Shown here piece by piece: positions 1 through 12,816 of a DNA stretch of 64,000 bases. The stretch is from Trichosphaerium sp. ATCC 40318. Lineage: Eukaryota > Protista > Tubulinea. The notes below the pieces were generated by a model that saw only the letters and a program-made list of their open reading frames with translations, was not told the DNA's origin and made no database searches. Location: contig JALMLS010000377.1 in assembly GCA_038496445.1 (NCBI GenBank), positions 248,001 through 312,000 on the forward strand, in the 5' to 3' direction. Position 1 is the first letter of the stretch. Each line of letters starts with the position of its first letter. The translations under genes and the position numbers were made by a program.

Positions 1-34
1 ATATTTTATTTACATATTAGCTGATTCCTTCTAG

Positions 35-1852
35 ATTATGAAAAGGTATATCAGAAACACACCAGGCGCTATGTGGATATTGATTACCTGAAGGCCTGCT
101 TCTTCAGGGCAGCCATCGAAGATGTCATAAAATTTGGGGGCGTTGTCGATAAGCAGTTCAAATTATTCGAATCAAGGAAGAAAAGATCCGTAAAAAAGAC
201 TAAAAAAAATAGCAAACCTGTGTCTGCCAAACAAATTGGTAAAGAAGAGGGAGATGAAGAAAGTGCTAAGAGGCAACTTACACTTGAACGGATAAACAAG
301 CGAGAGTTCAAGTTAGATGGTGACCCAGGAACATATCCAGAAAAGTCTCTTCAAGGATACATCTCGGAAATGGCAGGTGACCTTGAGATGCCACACATGA
401 AGTGCTTTAATGTACATCAAACAGGGTATCGCGGGTTTAAGAAGCGACCTGACTTAGTATTCACTCCAAACCTGGATAGTATAGCATCTGCTTCGCTGAT
501 TGAAGTTGTACTGGTAGGGTGTTGAAAACTGGAATGGGTGCAGACTTTGGCGCGTACGACAAGGGTCAGCTAATGTACGTTGACCTTTTTTTCTTCTTTT
601 TTGTCAGCTGTATTAATGGCGTTTTTTAGGCATTACTTGATGGTTTACTTACTCGCTCAACCCACAAGGAATAGTATGTGGGGTATATTATCGAACTATA
701 AGTTTGTTCAGTTCATCGAAGTTACATGGGATCACATAGAACATAGTTTCGTGTACAACGAGTCACCGTCATACACATACGACTCAGCTGAGGCACTTGG
801 TTCAAAACTATTGAGCCAGCTATTGAGCTGTAGTTGTGCTGATCTTGGATGGACCGCACCTGTCATTGAAATAGACGGATCATATTGTGCTCCAACCAAA
901 CTACTTGGTAAGGGTGCCACAGCAACAACGTACGAAGTACGAGATCCTAGCGATCACGATATAAAAATGGCTATGAAAGTATTCAAAAAAGACCGAGAGG
1001 AGTGGCTAGAAAAAGAAGTCGCTGTAATGAAAGCCCTCGGTAAATTTAAGATACCTGGTGTTTCCCAGTTGGTACGTACCTGTTTGGCACTTGTGGGCTG
1101 AAAAAACTCAGCTGGAACTATATCGTTCATTTTACTCACTTTTTTTTTTAGGTTACTCAGGGAAAAACTACTCAAGGCGAGAAATTTATTCTCACAAGGC
1201 CAGCTGGAGAGAAACTCAAGTCAAACACAAAGGGTAAGAGAATACCGAGCTATTCTTCCATTGTGGAGACTCTCAAACGTGTTCACGAAGCTGGATATGT
1301 ACACAGGTACAAACTAAAAAACCCACAAAAAAAACATAGCAATAAACTATTAACTTACATATCTCTTTTAGAGATGTCAGTCCATCCAATATTGTCATTA
1401 CAGACGACAAATTCATATTGATAGATTGGGGTGGGGCGGTGCCAATTGGCACACCTGCGAGATGTGCTGCAACCTTGCTCTTCGCTTCAGCTGAGGTCAC
1501 GGAACACTACATAACAGGAGAAGAGTTTGTATTTGATCCTGGAAACGATCTATTTGCTCTACTTCGCGTTTATCTTGCACTAAATGATCAACTCCGATTT
1601 GAGGAGCTATCACAAGAATTCCATGATAGCGCCTCAGTAGCAGACGGCATACGAAAAGCCAATCAGTTGTGGAAAGATTGGATTAATCTGTATGGAGATG
1701 CCAAGTCCTTGATACGGGATCTTGACTATGACGGCTTGAAAGAATGGTTTGATAAATACCAGCGCTGTAAATTACGAAATACTACAGGCACGGTGTCTCC
1801 TGATATGCCTGTAGCAAGGCGAGTTGCAAATTGTAAAAAAATAAGAAAATAA
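35..1852 (+). CDS. Crinkler-like PD-(D/E)xK restriction-endonuclease-fold + protein kinase fusion (5' end outside window; 1-nt frame break near 520)
   Basis: Spliced translation gives KRPDLVF...EVVLVG/LKTG...GQLMHYL..LLAQPTR (REase-like), then kinase motifs LGKGATATTY, AMKVF, HRDVSPSNI (joined across intron 1307-1369) and IDWG. Stop at 1850-1852. Confidence 0.7.
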
Positions 1853-2157
1853 AAAAGACTCGTCGACGAGAGCCCACTCTTAAAGCCAAACCAATTCTTG
1901 TGTTTGAAGGAACCATACACACATACTATGGCTTCCTTATTATACAATGCAAACATGTTTCTATCTAACGTGACAAGTGGGAACGTTGAAACTCAATTTC
2001 TTTATCAACAGCGACGAAAGTGATGAACGGCTTAATGTTCAGAGGCTTGGGTGAATATGCGAGTAATTTGCTATAGTTTACTAGCGTTTTACCACTATTG
2101 TAACAATTTGGAATTCTTTTAAGATTGCATACCACGTGCGAACAAATATTTGATTAT

Positions 2158-3873
2158 TTATTTTGTTATCAATTCTACAAATGTTGATGGGAACCATCCT
2201 TTCTGGCCATCTTTCTCTCCCTAGTTCATAAACAACTTAGTACACGAACCAATAAATACAAGCCGATGGTCAGTCGGTGAAGAAGTTTTGTAGCCGATTA
2301 AGCCGGGATCAGAAGATGATCACCTCAAGCGAAGACTACCCTAAAAATCCATCGATTATAAATTGAATAGTACCTCCCACCATCCGTCGGCGTCTGTCTT
2401 ATCAAGTACTGTAATTATATCACCCTCTTTAAATCCTAAATCACCTTCTTGTTCAGGGATGTAATAATAAACAGCTTTTGCAAGAATTTCCTCTTCACCA
2501 TCTTCTTCATCATCTCTAGTCAAAATTATTAATACCCATCTACGAAAGGTCTTGACTTACTCATCTTCTCCTTCCTCATGGCGCTTTTTTTTTTCTTGCT
2601 CAGACTTGTATTGATCTGCGTTGCTCTATACAATAGGTTAAAATAATAGTTTGGAACAATGAGTAAGCGAGAAGATCGTTTTTGTTAAAGTCTTTTTTTT
2701 TGTTGTTCACCTCTTCGACAGCTGCTGCTTTTTCTATCCTTTCGCGCAGTTCTTTTGCTTTCTGTTCCTCCTGTTCACGTTGTTGTTGTGCTACTGTAGT
2801 AAATCTTCTGTTTTGTGCTTCTTTGTGATATTTTCTTCCCTCAGTGACGGTTACGCCTTCTTGTATACCTTAAAACAAATCTGTTAGCAAGAAAAACGCT
2901 TGAATGCGAGTCACGTGATATGCGTGCCTTGGTTTACTTGTCCGGCGTCGAAATTACTACCAAAAGCTTTCTTTAAACGGTTTGTAATATCTTCTTCATC
3001 AAGATCTTCTTCAGAACGCGCATTAACTACCAACAAAGTCAGACAATGAGTTTGGTTGGTTTTTTCAAACCAATGTAAAGAAAAGACTAAAAGCATGCCT
3101 TGAAGGTGTATTGAGTGACCATTCCTCTTTATAAACGTAGCCATATGCATGGCATGGTTTGGGAACGTGCCCTATAACGAACAGTTGATTGGAATAAAAG
3201 GTAGGATTTTATTTCGTTACTAAAAAGAATTGAGAGCTTACCTTTTGAAGGCCGGTTACACCTTCGCCAAGCCAAGCAATGTACACAAATTTACGTTGTT
3301 TGAAGCTTGTCAAACAAATATAACCATAATGTACCTAAATTAACGCAATAATTAGTCTTCAGTATCACGTGCTCTCCAAATAAGACACCACGTGATTTTT
3401 GTGTCCAGCAAAACTCAAAAAAAGCTTCTTTGATTTTTGTTTTCAGAATTACTCATCGCGGTTAAAAAGGCGCTTATTGACGTACTTTACCATCACTTAT
3501 ATAGTCCATCATTTCATCTATGTCTATTAAAGAGCGTTAATGATTTGGATAAACTCGTAAAGCAAGATGATAAAACGAAGCTCTTTTATCATAAAAATAT
3601 AGTATACCTTCCTCCCCTGTCTCCAGGACCTTCAGTACGGTGTTTGATCGCTTTTCATAACCAATGAGTACCCAGTTTTTACTATTTTCTGGGTTCCTAG
3701 TGTACGGAGTAAGCGTAAAGCATCAAATCGGGCGTTCTTATGACAAAAGGAATTTCTAAACAGCAATATCGCTTCGTTATTTTGACGTATGGAGCGTTAG
3801 GAGCTTGTGTTGGTTACCTGACATTAGCAATTTCTTCAATTATAGCCTTGTCCCTTGTGTCTGGCGTAGACAT
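2158..3873 (-). CDS. Abp1/drebrin-like actin-binding protein (ADF-H + coiled coil + SH3)
   Basis: Exons read MSTPDTRDK..NWVLIGYE..KFVYIAWLGEGV..VVNARSEEDLDE (ADF-H). The C-terminal SH3 reads AKAVYYYIPEQEGDLGFKEGDII..DGWWE/GEKDGQKGWFPSTFVE. Confidence 0.85.
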
Positions 3874-4635
3874 GTGCGATACCGGTTGTTCACGTGCTAG
3901 AAAAGAAAAGTGGTGCAGTTTAAGACTTGACCGGACTTAGAATTGTTTCGACACAAAACGGGACGGGAACAATCGGTTAGGCACATGACATTGTAACATC
4001 GTAAGAACCTAGAGGCATACTTGCTCTGCGAGGTTTCTCTTTGCGAAAGAAACGAATTTCATCAAGCGTACATAAACACGTGAAGGTCTTTGGTTTGGGA
4101 ACAAAAAATGTTGTTATCCCTTTTTGATTAAGTGGATATCGCTAAGCAGCTCTAAAACTGTGTGAAAAACCCCACACATCGTTCTATTGTGCTGGTGGTG
4201 GTAATTTAACCGTTCTCGGCAACAGAAACAATGAGAAGAAGGAAAAAGAAACAAGTAACTCTGGATGAACTAGTAGAGAAAGCATCTAAAGGCCGTGACG
4301 CCAATAGGGTATTTTTGACGGTTGTAAAATGTTGTAATTTGACGAAAGTAGGAATCAATTACAAGGATATCTTCTAGGACACGCTCAGGAGTACCTAGTA
4401 CGTAAATGAACCGTAAAAACGTAATACTAGCCGAAATCTGTTTATCTTCGTTAGAAACGGCCGAATTGAACAGTAGAACAACCACTGGCGCGAATAAAGC
4501 GCCTGACGCAACTGAAACCGCCGCAGGTAACTCAAAAACAAAAATATGACATTTCGCGCGTTTGACTGTTGACACTGTAGCCCCTGTAAAGGAAGGTAGA
4601 AGACGCACAACAAGGAGTACCACAAAGAAAGCTAA

Positions 4636-7600
4636 ATGTACAAAAAAGAGGAAAATGACATTTTAAATCTCAAAACCTTCCTTACATCCTACGTAGCGCC
4701 AAGAGAATCGCCTTTCAGGCGTGGAAAAGGTCTTAAATCTCCTACGGATGATTCACCATCTACGAAACCAAAACGCGTTACAAGAGCTTCAAGAAAGAAG
4801 GCACCGGCTAAAAGAAGAACTAGAAGGAGCTCTAGAACAATTGATGAAGATGGTGATGTACAAATGAGCGATGAAGGTCCGTCGTTTTGTATTTCTTTTT
4901 TGGGCTTAACCTGACTCACATTAGCGGACAGACCTAAGCGTAAACGTGCAGATTCCAATGGATCAGAATCTGATACACCTGCAAAGGCGAAACGTGGTCG
5001 CCCAAAGAAAGGAACAAAAAGACCAAGAAGATCAAAGAGCACTTATGTTAAGATTGCTGATAGAGGGTTAAAAAGAGCAGGGTAAGTATCGGTTTTTGTT
5101 GTCTTTTTGTATAGTTTGTTAACAAATTATATAGTGGAGGACCGAGATTAACACAAGGAGGACCATCTAAATTTAGTACAGACTATCAACATGAGTTATC
5201 GTATGTATAAAAAAGTGTAGTATTCAAAGTCAGACATCCAATATTTTTGTTAACATTTTGTGCTTAGGCAGAAAAACATTGAGATAAGTCGTCAAGAGAT
5301 CATTGATAATGAAGGTGTTATTCTTTTCCCTAAATGGACAGCGAAACGTGAATCTCTGAAACCAGTTGGGTACTCAACTGTTTGTATATATTTAAACAAC
5401 ATGTTTTTCTAACATTCTTCTCTTGTAGAGATGAAGTCCGTGACTATATCCCATCTGTTAGAAAATCTCCTGAGTTCTGTTTTACAAAGAAAGAAGGAGA
5501 AACTACAGAATCAAGAACTCTTGACTTGTTTGAAGTTTTACTTCGCAAACACAGCTCAAAGGAAGGTAAGTTGGGTTTTTTTCTCAAAGTTTTCTTTTAC
5601 AAAAAGACAAAAATGTTGGTCGCATCATTTTGACACTTTTCTTGTTTGTTACAGGAGAAAAACACAAAACATTTGATGATATGGTTATAAATATCGGTGG
5701 ATCTATATGGGCATTGGATTGGCTACCACAACATGATGTAGACGATGGTAAATACCTTTTTCTACAAATCATTTAGTTCACATTTTGGGTTTTTTTTCAA
5801 TTACCTTTTATGCAACATCCTTGTCAGCTTCTTAAATAGTGACTTACAACAAAGGAGTCCTAAAAGAGCGTTTTTTGAGAAGACTACAGCGCCGTATTTG
5901 AGTTTTTTGCGCAAGTCAAAATAACTATTTGTTTAGATGTTCAGTATCTCGCTGTTTATGCTCACAGGTCACTTGATGAATCTCATGAACGATATAAGCC
6001 AGCTTATGGAAAGAATATTATTCAAATTTGGTCTATTGGAAAAATGCAAGACGAAAGTCTAATTATAGAGTACGCCTTTTCAAAAAAATCACGTGCTCAC
6101 GTGATTCTCAACGCAAAAAAATTTATTAAAATAACATGAATTGTTCTTTAGAAAAGGTAGTAAGCCTCCAGTTATGATTCTTGGGATTGGCTTCGAAAAG
6201 AAGTATGTCAGGCATTTACAATGGTGTCCGAGGTATGACCGTAATTGGGTTTTTTTTTGCTTTGTTTGTGACTAGTGTTAAAGGCGATTTTTTGTAGGGG
6301 AGGACGTATTAAAAAGCCTACTGGAAAAGATGATTTACCACGTTTGGGATTGTTAGCTGCATTGGTTGGTGATGGTACTATCGAAATATTCTCAGTACCA
6401 GAGCCAGATAGTTCTTGCTTTAGTAGCAATGAAACACCTGTTGCGTCAATAAAACCAGTCAAAAGAGTACGAAAATTACAAGAAAAGCAGTTTGATTAAA
6501 GAACTGACACTTATTAGATTTTTACGAATAATTTCATATCTGCAATGTGTTGGAGTCACATTGAATCTTGTGATAAAATGGTTGTTGGGTCAAACGATGG
6601 TATTATAAGAAGAAAAATACAATTCTTTTTTGTTTTGTTTTTAAAATCATCTTTCTCATGTTTCTATCTAGGCACAGTGTCAGTGTTTCGCGTCAGTGAT
6701 AACGAAAGTGTTAGCGTTGAAGTAACAGAAGATACAAAACTACACTTACCACTTCATGATCCACCTGTCTCAATAACATCACTTGATGACATACCAATTT
6801 TTGAAGCCAAAGTATGTACAAGTTTCTAGAAGCTATACTTCGATACGGTTTTACTCTTCTCTACTCTTATTACCCTGTTTAAGTTTACTTGTACTAACTT
6901 GTACGTTTTAGTTACACGAGCAACCAATAGCTGGCGTAGTATGGCATCCATTAGACTCAGATATATTTGCTTCTTTTGGTCAAGACAGAAAAATTAATGT
7001 AAGGTCTTTAAGAAACCCTTATGTGTCGCTTTTCATACCATACACAAACCAAAAGATTACCACTTGTGCTACTTGGTATAGAGGTGAATACCCAGTTATA
7101 GGTAAGAAAACAAAGGATCCTATTAAACGTTTAACTCTCCTTTACAGTTCATGGATCTGATGATGGTAGTGTTCGTCATTTTGATGTTGCTGCTAGATTT
7201 TTTACAAAAAGAGCTAGTGCAGGTCCTGGATTCGAACTTCACGATGATTGGATATGGGTACGCCATTTGTCGACAAAACTATCTAACAACAACGTCATTA
7301 TGTTTAATACAACGCATCATCAGGTGTTATATTTTTCTCGTAGTTTATAATGCTACTTCTCTCTTAAATGTCATGCTGTGCTCAAGGCTGATGTTGTCTT
7401 TTAGGATGTTGATACTTCGTTTTTGATGGACAGACATTTTTCATGTTCAGCTGATGGAACAGTTATTGCTTTACCTCTTTGGATTAGATACAGAAAAGTG
7501 AAAGGCAAATATAAGCCTATGGAAATGGTTATAGAGCATGTATCAATCAAAAAACCTACCAGTGAAGATAACACATCATCTGATAGTTCATTTGTTGTTG

Positions 7601-8093
7601 TTTTCGCAGGTAGCCATTCCATGTTAGTGAAAGAACCATATACACGTAATGCTAGGATTCTTGCTGAAGAGGCTAAAAAGAAGGCAAATACACCTAAAAA
7701 GAAAGGTAAAAAAACATCAAAGAAGGTACGAACTTTGTTTATTTTCTGACCTTACAATACCACTCAAATAACTCCTCCAATCGCATGATTTCTTCTGCAA
7801 AAACTATAGTGAACAAGTGGTTTACTTCATTCGTGTTAACGTTTTCTTGTAAGGGAGATAATCGCCAAATACTTGATGTTTTAATGAGGTCTCAGACTGA
7901 TGATGAAATTAAAGAGCATCCAAACCCTTATGGAGCTATTCATCGGATAAGATGCTCAACTAATACAAATTCTCCTAATTGGGTTGCATATGGAGGCGGT
8001 TCTGGGTTGCTAAGGTTACAGTATATCGACTGGTTTAAGTATAAAGAAAATGACACATGGGATGCTACAAAGAAGATTTCGAAGAAAAAATAA
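4636..8093 (+). CDS. GTF3C2: TFIIIC subunit 2 (GTF3C2/Tfc6)-like AT-hook + WD40 protein
   Basis: Basic N-terminus with AT-hook KRGRPKK. WD40 segments GGSIWALDWLP and RLGLLAALVGDGTIEIFSVP, and C-terminal WVAYGGGSGLLRL typical of this family. Many short GT-AG introns. Confidence 0.72.
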
Positions 8094-8487
8094 AGCCTTG
8101 AACTGTCGACTAGTATCAAGTGCTGGGAAAAAATGTAAAATGAAAGAAACCTTGTTATAAGTATTGTACACATACACTGTAAAGTTGTTGTTTTGAATGA
8201 CCTAGTAAAATATGAGAGCGTTCATTTTCGTATCTAATACTGTACCAAACTAAAGTGATGCATACTTGTTGCTTGTATTTTAGTCGCAGTGTAGGAAGGA
8301 CATCATATTTGGTTTTGTTGTAGCTCTGTGTTGTAACACAAGCATAGTAAAATTTACACGCATTTTAGTTGGATGAAGGTTGTTTAAGTTAGGTTTAATA
8401 GTTTTGAAAGCAAAATCAATCTAAGTGATTGAAATCCATTCGTTCAACAATTTACAAGGAACACACAGTAAGAGCAAGCACGACAAT

Positions 8488-10303
8488 ATGGAACCACCTC
8501 ACAAAAGAAAGGCAACTGCTGACAAACAGGTACGAGTTGAGTTGTTAAACTGTAACCGTCGTATTAAGCTAACAACCCTCGCAAATAGATAGATGCATCA
8601 ACAATAGAGTACAGTAGTCGATTGTTAAACCTTCCAATGGAGCTACAACTTGATATTATCGATCTAGATCTTGAAGTGTACTTAATGGCCTCTACTTTCC
8701 AAGCAAGCTGCAACAACAACGAGATTTGATGATAATTTGAAGAAACATGGAAAATGGAAGCATTTTAGCGCCGTGAGTTACTACAAATCGCACGAAATCG
8801 TACCTACCACGAGATATTTGTTTCTTAATAGCAATATCACTTGGAAATATGAAATCATAAGACAAGTGATGTATTTTAGCTGGCACATTTATGTGTTTTT
8901 AAAAATGGCCCAGTTTTCGACAGCTGGAATTTTTCGTAAAACCAATATTAAAGGCTAGGGCCAAAACGGTCCAAACCGTGACTATGTAGAAACAGAAGTA
9001 TATGATTTGTTTATATAGTTTAGAGAATATCGATGGCATTGCCTGGCATTATACCTTTTTCTTGCCTTTTTGTTTTAAACAGCGTTTTATGCTTGGAAAC
9101 GCATATTCTACGCGCGAATGACGCTTGTACAGTATTGTTCTTTGATTTTAAAGAGCAATTAACTTTTTTAGCCACTAAACGTTGTAAAACACTTGTAACT
9201 TCAGTTCCTACATATTTGGAACAATTAAAAGGCTGTGTAATGTGCAGGCATCATGAAACCGTGTTCAAGGAGTTTATGTTGCTACTTTCCTTTTAAGGCA
9301 AAAAGTTTTTGCTTTTAAGTAAGTACTTTTTTCCGTGCTTACAACGTAATTTTATGCTCTCACACTCCACTACCTTGTTTCACAGCATCTTTTAAAGCCG
9401 ATAAGCATGTGTGGAATGCTTACGTAATCTAGCTCTATATCAATGGTAAACAATATGGAGAATAAACAATGGTATGACAACGGCCAACTAGAAATACAAT
9501 GTACATACGTAAATGGCAAAAAACAAGGAAAGAGTAATCAATGGCATGAAAATGGCCAATTGTGGATTCAGTGCTACTTTATAGATGGTAGAATTGATGG
9601 AGAGTACCTAGAATGGTATGATAATGGTCAATTAGAGATACAGTGCACATATGTAGATGGCCAACAAGACGTAGAGAACAAACGTTCAATAGGAAATCTA
9701 TGTGACGAGTGTGTAGGCGACTACAAGAAAAGAGTGGCATGAAAATGGTCAATTGGTATGTGCTGTAAAGTATGTCCATGGTAAGGAAGATGGAGAATTA
9801 AAATTGTGGCACCCAATGGAAATTGAAAACTAAACTTATTAGAAAATGATAGAGTAGAAGGACTGTACAAGGAATGGTGGGATGTTGGGACATTGTATGT
9901 TGAATGTTTCTTTATCGACAGTAAAAAAGAAGGAGAATATAAGGAATACTATGAAAGTGGGCAACTTAGAGTGAAAATGTACTTTATTAATAATAAAGCA
10001 GAAGGAGAAAGCAAGTTATGATATGAAAATGGACAATTAATGGCACAAGATATGTACCATTTGCAAGAACAACATGGAGAGCGCAAGTCATGGCATGAAA
10101 ACGGGCAATTGAAGGAGGAATCTATCTATGTTAATGACAAACGAGAAGGAGAATATAAAAACTGGAATACACACGGTCGACTTACAGAGAACGGGTACTT
10201 TGTCATGAGGTACTGGAAGCATGATGATTATTCAAGTGTTGATGTATCTAAAACACTTGAGAGTTTTTTGAACGCTCAAAAAACAATGACGCTAGGTGTA
10301 TAA
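8488..10303 (+). pseudogene. Decayed F-box-like + MORN-variant repeat gene
   Basis: Homologous to the 26606-28482 gene (SRLLNLPMELQLDI..KKHGKWK; WYDNGQL/WHENGQL repeats). It has frameshifts (about 8685, 9460, 9690-9830), an in-frame TGA at about 10019 and an unrelated insertion of about 0.55 kb. Confidence 0.8.
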
Positions 10304-10592
10304 GCTACTTAAGAAACCTTCTATAACCCGCTGCTGCAACAACTTGAAAATAAAAAGATGCTCAGTACACAACGCTATCACGAAAAGAAATTATACTTTT
10401 TTACTTTTTTCGTATGGTAATAAGGCTTAGTGGACTTCTTTTATCAAAAAGAGGGCATTGTCAAAAGTGTGATTTATATTGAAGTAATTGGGAAACGCGT
10501 AGTGCGGTTTGCACACAGTTAGTACTTAATACCCCACAAATTAAGGCAAACTTAAAAAAGTTCAACTGCAGAAAAAGGACAACGCTTTGAAA

Positions 10593-12659
10593 ATGAAAGT
10601 TTTTCTATTGCTTTCCTTATGCCTTGTTTGTGTATCAACTATCGATAATGGTTTGGGTCGACTACCTCCTATGGGCTGGAGATCATGGAACGCGTTCCAC
10701 GGTGATATAAGCCAAGAAAAAATGATCGCAGCAGCAAAGTAAGTAGATTGATGGTAAAAAACGTTAGCCTTTTATTTTCCACTGTGGGTCAGTGCCCTCT
10801 GTATGGCTTGCGTATGACTGCTTATGTAGGACGCTAGTTGATAAAAGCCGTATGGTTAACGGTAAACCTACATCCCTTCTTGAACTGGGTTATGAGTCAG
10901 TTGGTTTAGATGATTACTGGCAACAATGTGGTGCTGGAATTAACGGTAAGTAATATCACGTGGCGGAAAAGTTTTTTCCCTTTTCGTGGTTTACGCCGTT
11001 GATCTTTTAAATATCAGTGTACAACATGTTTCTGTCCCCCAGTGGTCAGTATCGCAGTTCACTGTCGAGCGGACAAACGGGTTTCGGAACGGCTAAAGTT
11101 CACCCGAAATTTTTTTGCTCTTTTTGTTAGAATGTTTGTGTCCTTATCTCTAAACACAGGATCTTTCCACGACAAGGATGGTAATCCAATTATCAACTTG
11201 GAACTTTTTCCATCCATGAAGGATATGAACAAAGAGATACACTCGATGGGATTGAAATCTGGATGGTACTACAGCTTCACAAAAAAGAAATAGAATCTAA
11301 AGTTTTTCCTGATTTTCCAACAACTTTTCGTAGGTACTTTAACAACTGCCATTGTGGAGAGAGTGGTCATTTAGAACCAAACTGGCCGCCTCAGGTACGT
11401 TTTGTGTGTACTTAAACCAAGATAACTAAGCGTCTTTTCACAGATGAGAGGAGATACTTCCGCTATTTTCGAGCTTGGCTACGATGGTGTTAAACTTGAC
11501 GGTTGTGGGCCATCACACAACACAACCGAATGGTCTGAACTTCTTAATAAGACAGGAAGAGCGATGATGATTGAAAACTGTCATGATAATACAACGTTTC
11601 CTTTCTGGAACAATCCTAAAACATTCGATCGCCTTGTGTGCCCAATGAACTTTTGGCGTGTCAGTGGTGACATCGAGCCTGAGTGGCCTAAGATCATACG
11701 GTACGTTGAGTGCCCTCACTTGACTAAACTTCGCTCACCATCGCATTCTTTTAGCAATCTACAAGCTGTAATTCCGTTCCAAGACTTAGAACATCCAATG
11801 TCAAGCCCAGGATGCTGGAACTACCCTGACATGCTTGAGGTAAGTTGTATAAAAAAAGCAAAAATTAAAGCAATTTTCTCACTTGATCTCTGCTAACCAC
11901 GTGATTTTTTTTTCAAGGTTGCTAATGGTGATCTTAATTTTGCAGAGTCTAGATCCCATTTTGGTGCTTGGTGTGTTGTTTCGTCACCTCTAATTCTTGG
12001 ATTCGACACAACAGATAAAACAAGGATGGACATGGCTTGGCCTATTATTACAAACACTGAAGCGTTATCTGTTTCTCAAACATGGGCAGGACACCCAGGA
12101 AGACTAGTGAAACAAGATACTCAACAAATACTTATGAATATTACCCATGCTACCGAAGGCAGGCCAAATCTTCTACCAACCGTAGTAGGCGCTTGGCAGG
12201 TACGAAGAAAAAAAAATAACAAAGAACATTTTGATTTAATTGAACTTTTCTGTGAATTCCGTTTGTCAGCCGTTAGCTTCCTCACACCAAAACCAGTACT
12301 TATGGAGCTTCTTGTTTGCATCCCTTGGATTTCTTTTCAATCCCTCAATGAGCAAAAAAAGAAAACTGTTTACGGTTTTTTCCAACATTTGCTATGTTTG
12401 TTATTGCTTATGTTTTCTCCAGGTGTGGGGTAAATCACTTGGTAAAGGATCGCAAGCGGCTTTATTACTTAATATTGCATCCATAAATACGACAATAAGC
12501 GTAAAGCCATCAGACCTTGGATTTCAAGACCACGAAAAAGTGCATGTTAGAGATATTTGGGAACACAAGGACTTGCCAGCAATGACAGGCGACCAAACGT
12601 ACACCATTACACTTGGATCACACGACAGTAAGTTCTTAAGAATGGATCCAATTGTGTAA
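10593..12659 (+). CDS. Secreted alpha-galactosidase / alpha-N-acetylgalactosaminidase (GH27)
   Basis: Signal peptide, then DNGLGRLPPMGWRSWN, LDDYWQ, YDGVKLDGC, WRVSGDI, WNYPDMLEV and a C-terminal VRDIW beta-sandwich. Confidence 0.92.
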
Positions 12660-12816
12660 AACAAGAATAAACAACCCCTTCTTGACCTAGATCATTGACA
12701 AGTCATTTCAAACCACAACAGAATATCAAGTTTGTTTTTATTACCATTCTTATGTTGCGTTCGAGCGTAGCCACATGACTACATTAAAGCAGTCGCAGAA
12801 AGTGTGGCTCTTTGGT

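Noticed and set aside
6812-6911. Intron with 9-bp inverted ends (gtacaagtt/aacttgtac), introner-like
   Set aside because: Single instance; no sequence-similar introns elsewhere in the window.
11040-11060. cagtggtcagtatcgcag resembles the 5' part of U4 snRNA
   Set aside because: It lacks the U6-pairing CUUUGCGC and the U4 K-turn stem-loop, so the match is probably chance.
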